64,000 nt of DNA. Origin: Podarcis filfolensis. Taxonomy: Eukaryota. The position numbers and the translations under genes were made by a program. The notes beneath the pieces were generated by a model, which was given only the letters and a program-made list of their open reading frames with translations, did no database searches and was not told where the DNA came from. The stretch lies in assembly GCA_964270895.1 (NCBI GenBank), contig OZ185443.1. One strand, 5' to 3'. Positions 63,281 through 64,000 of this stretch are shown here, one piece after another. The number at the start of each line of letters is the position of its first letter. Within the stretch, counting starts at the first letter, position 1.

Positions 63281-63620
63281 CTCTTTCCAGCAGTCCCCTC
63301 CGCCTCGCCGAATCCAGCCGAAGCAATCTGCTCTCCCTGCTAACCAATCCTAAAGGGCAGCCATCTTGCTTCCTTCTGCTCCTTTACGAAAGCAGCCTAG
63401 CCTCCGTATCAATATTCATAAGGCCGTTTTGACGTCTGCTCCCTCCTCGCTCGGCGGAGCCCCAGCGTCGCTCCCAGCGGCGGACGTGACTGCCATCCGA
63501 ACGAGGGCGGGAGAGGGGGAGGCTGCTGCTGCTGCTGCTGCTGCTTCGCTGTCTCCCCGACAGCGCCAGGGCGGGCGAGCGAGCGGGCTCGGGCTACTGG
63601 CTACTGGCAGAGACGCCAGC
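63281..63620 (-). other. TET2: TET2 non-coding exon 1 (5' leader); 5' end approximate
   Basis: Lies in the CpG island. Minus-strand text ..GTCACGTCCGCC..AGACGTCAAA..CCTTATGAATATTGATACGGAGGCTAGGCTGCTTTCGTA..GCAGAAGGAAGCAAGATGGCTGCCCTTTAGGATT.. matches the human TET2 5'UTR as I recall it. Donor GAG|GTCAGA at 63280. Confidence 0.85.
63522..63545. repeat. (GCT)8 = (AGC)8 on the TET2 sense strand, in the 5' leader
   Basis: Counted directly. Confidence 0.9.
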
Positions 63621-64000
63621 CTCTCCCCCTTTGGGGGTTTTCCCACACAAAGGCGTGGGAGACTTTTTACTGGGATATCTCTATTGGGTTGTTCTAACAG
63701 GGGAGCCGGATAGGAAAGGGTGGTGTTGTAACGCGCGCGCGGGGGGGGGGAGGTGGTGTTTGGTGGATTTTATTATTTTTTATCACTTTTTCGGCTCTAA
63801 AACCAGAAGGGCAGGAAATGCCAGAAAGCAGTCGCGTGTTTTTTGTGTGTGTTTGTGTGTTTTCCCAGCCCCCCCCATCCGCCCTTTTCCTTGCTGCTGC
63901 ACTGCAGCCCCGATAATGTGACACAGTTGCAGACAAAGGACTCAAAACAAGGAGCTGTCATTCTTAACAGATGTTGTTTCCTGGTTAGGGAGGGAGGGAG

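Larger units (their letters stand above)
63110..63850 (-). promoter_or_regulatory. CpG-island promoter of TET2
   Basis: High GC and dense CpG relative to the CpG-poor rest of the window. Contains a YY1-like GCAGCCATCTTG (63357-63368), CRE-like TGACGTC (63430-63436), CCAAT (63344-63348) and GC-rich tracts. Confidence 0.85.

Noticed and set aside
63416-63646. 76-aa ORF as a protein-coding gene
   Set aside because: Low-complexity GC-rich frame across the promoter. Only the ATG-initiated 26-codon part is retained, as uORF-A.

Overview
Vertebrate (squamate, most likely lacertid lizard, judged from Sauria SINEs, BovB, Rex1, Penelope and reptile CR1/L2 repeats) genomic DNA carrying the 5' two-thirds of TET2 (methylcytosine dioxygenase) on the minus strand. 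A CpG-island promoter and non-coding exon 1 lie at ~63.3-63.6 kb, followed by a ~48 kb repeat-rich first intron, the giant first coding exon (ATG at 15395) and six small catalytic-domain exons down to the HxD exon at 606-743; the last exons lie beyond position 1. All seven coding exons have GT-AG ends and splice in frame. Main leads: (1) a young Penelope-like retroelement in a TET2 intron, with a 12-bp TSD, ~355-bp inverted arms and a minimal hammerhead ribozyme in each arm; (2) a chain of uORFs in the TET2 leader that appears conserved with the human leader as I recall it; (3) a possible alternative first exon giving an N-terminally extended TET2; (4) an intact solo LTR promoter antisense to TET2; (5) a perfect 86-bp (AAT)14-AT-(ATT)14 palindrome. 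Comparisons with human TET2 are from memory, not from a database search.
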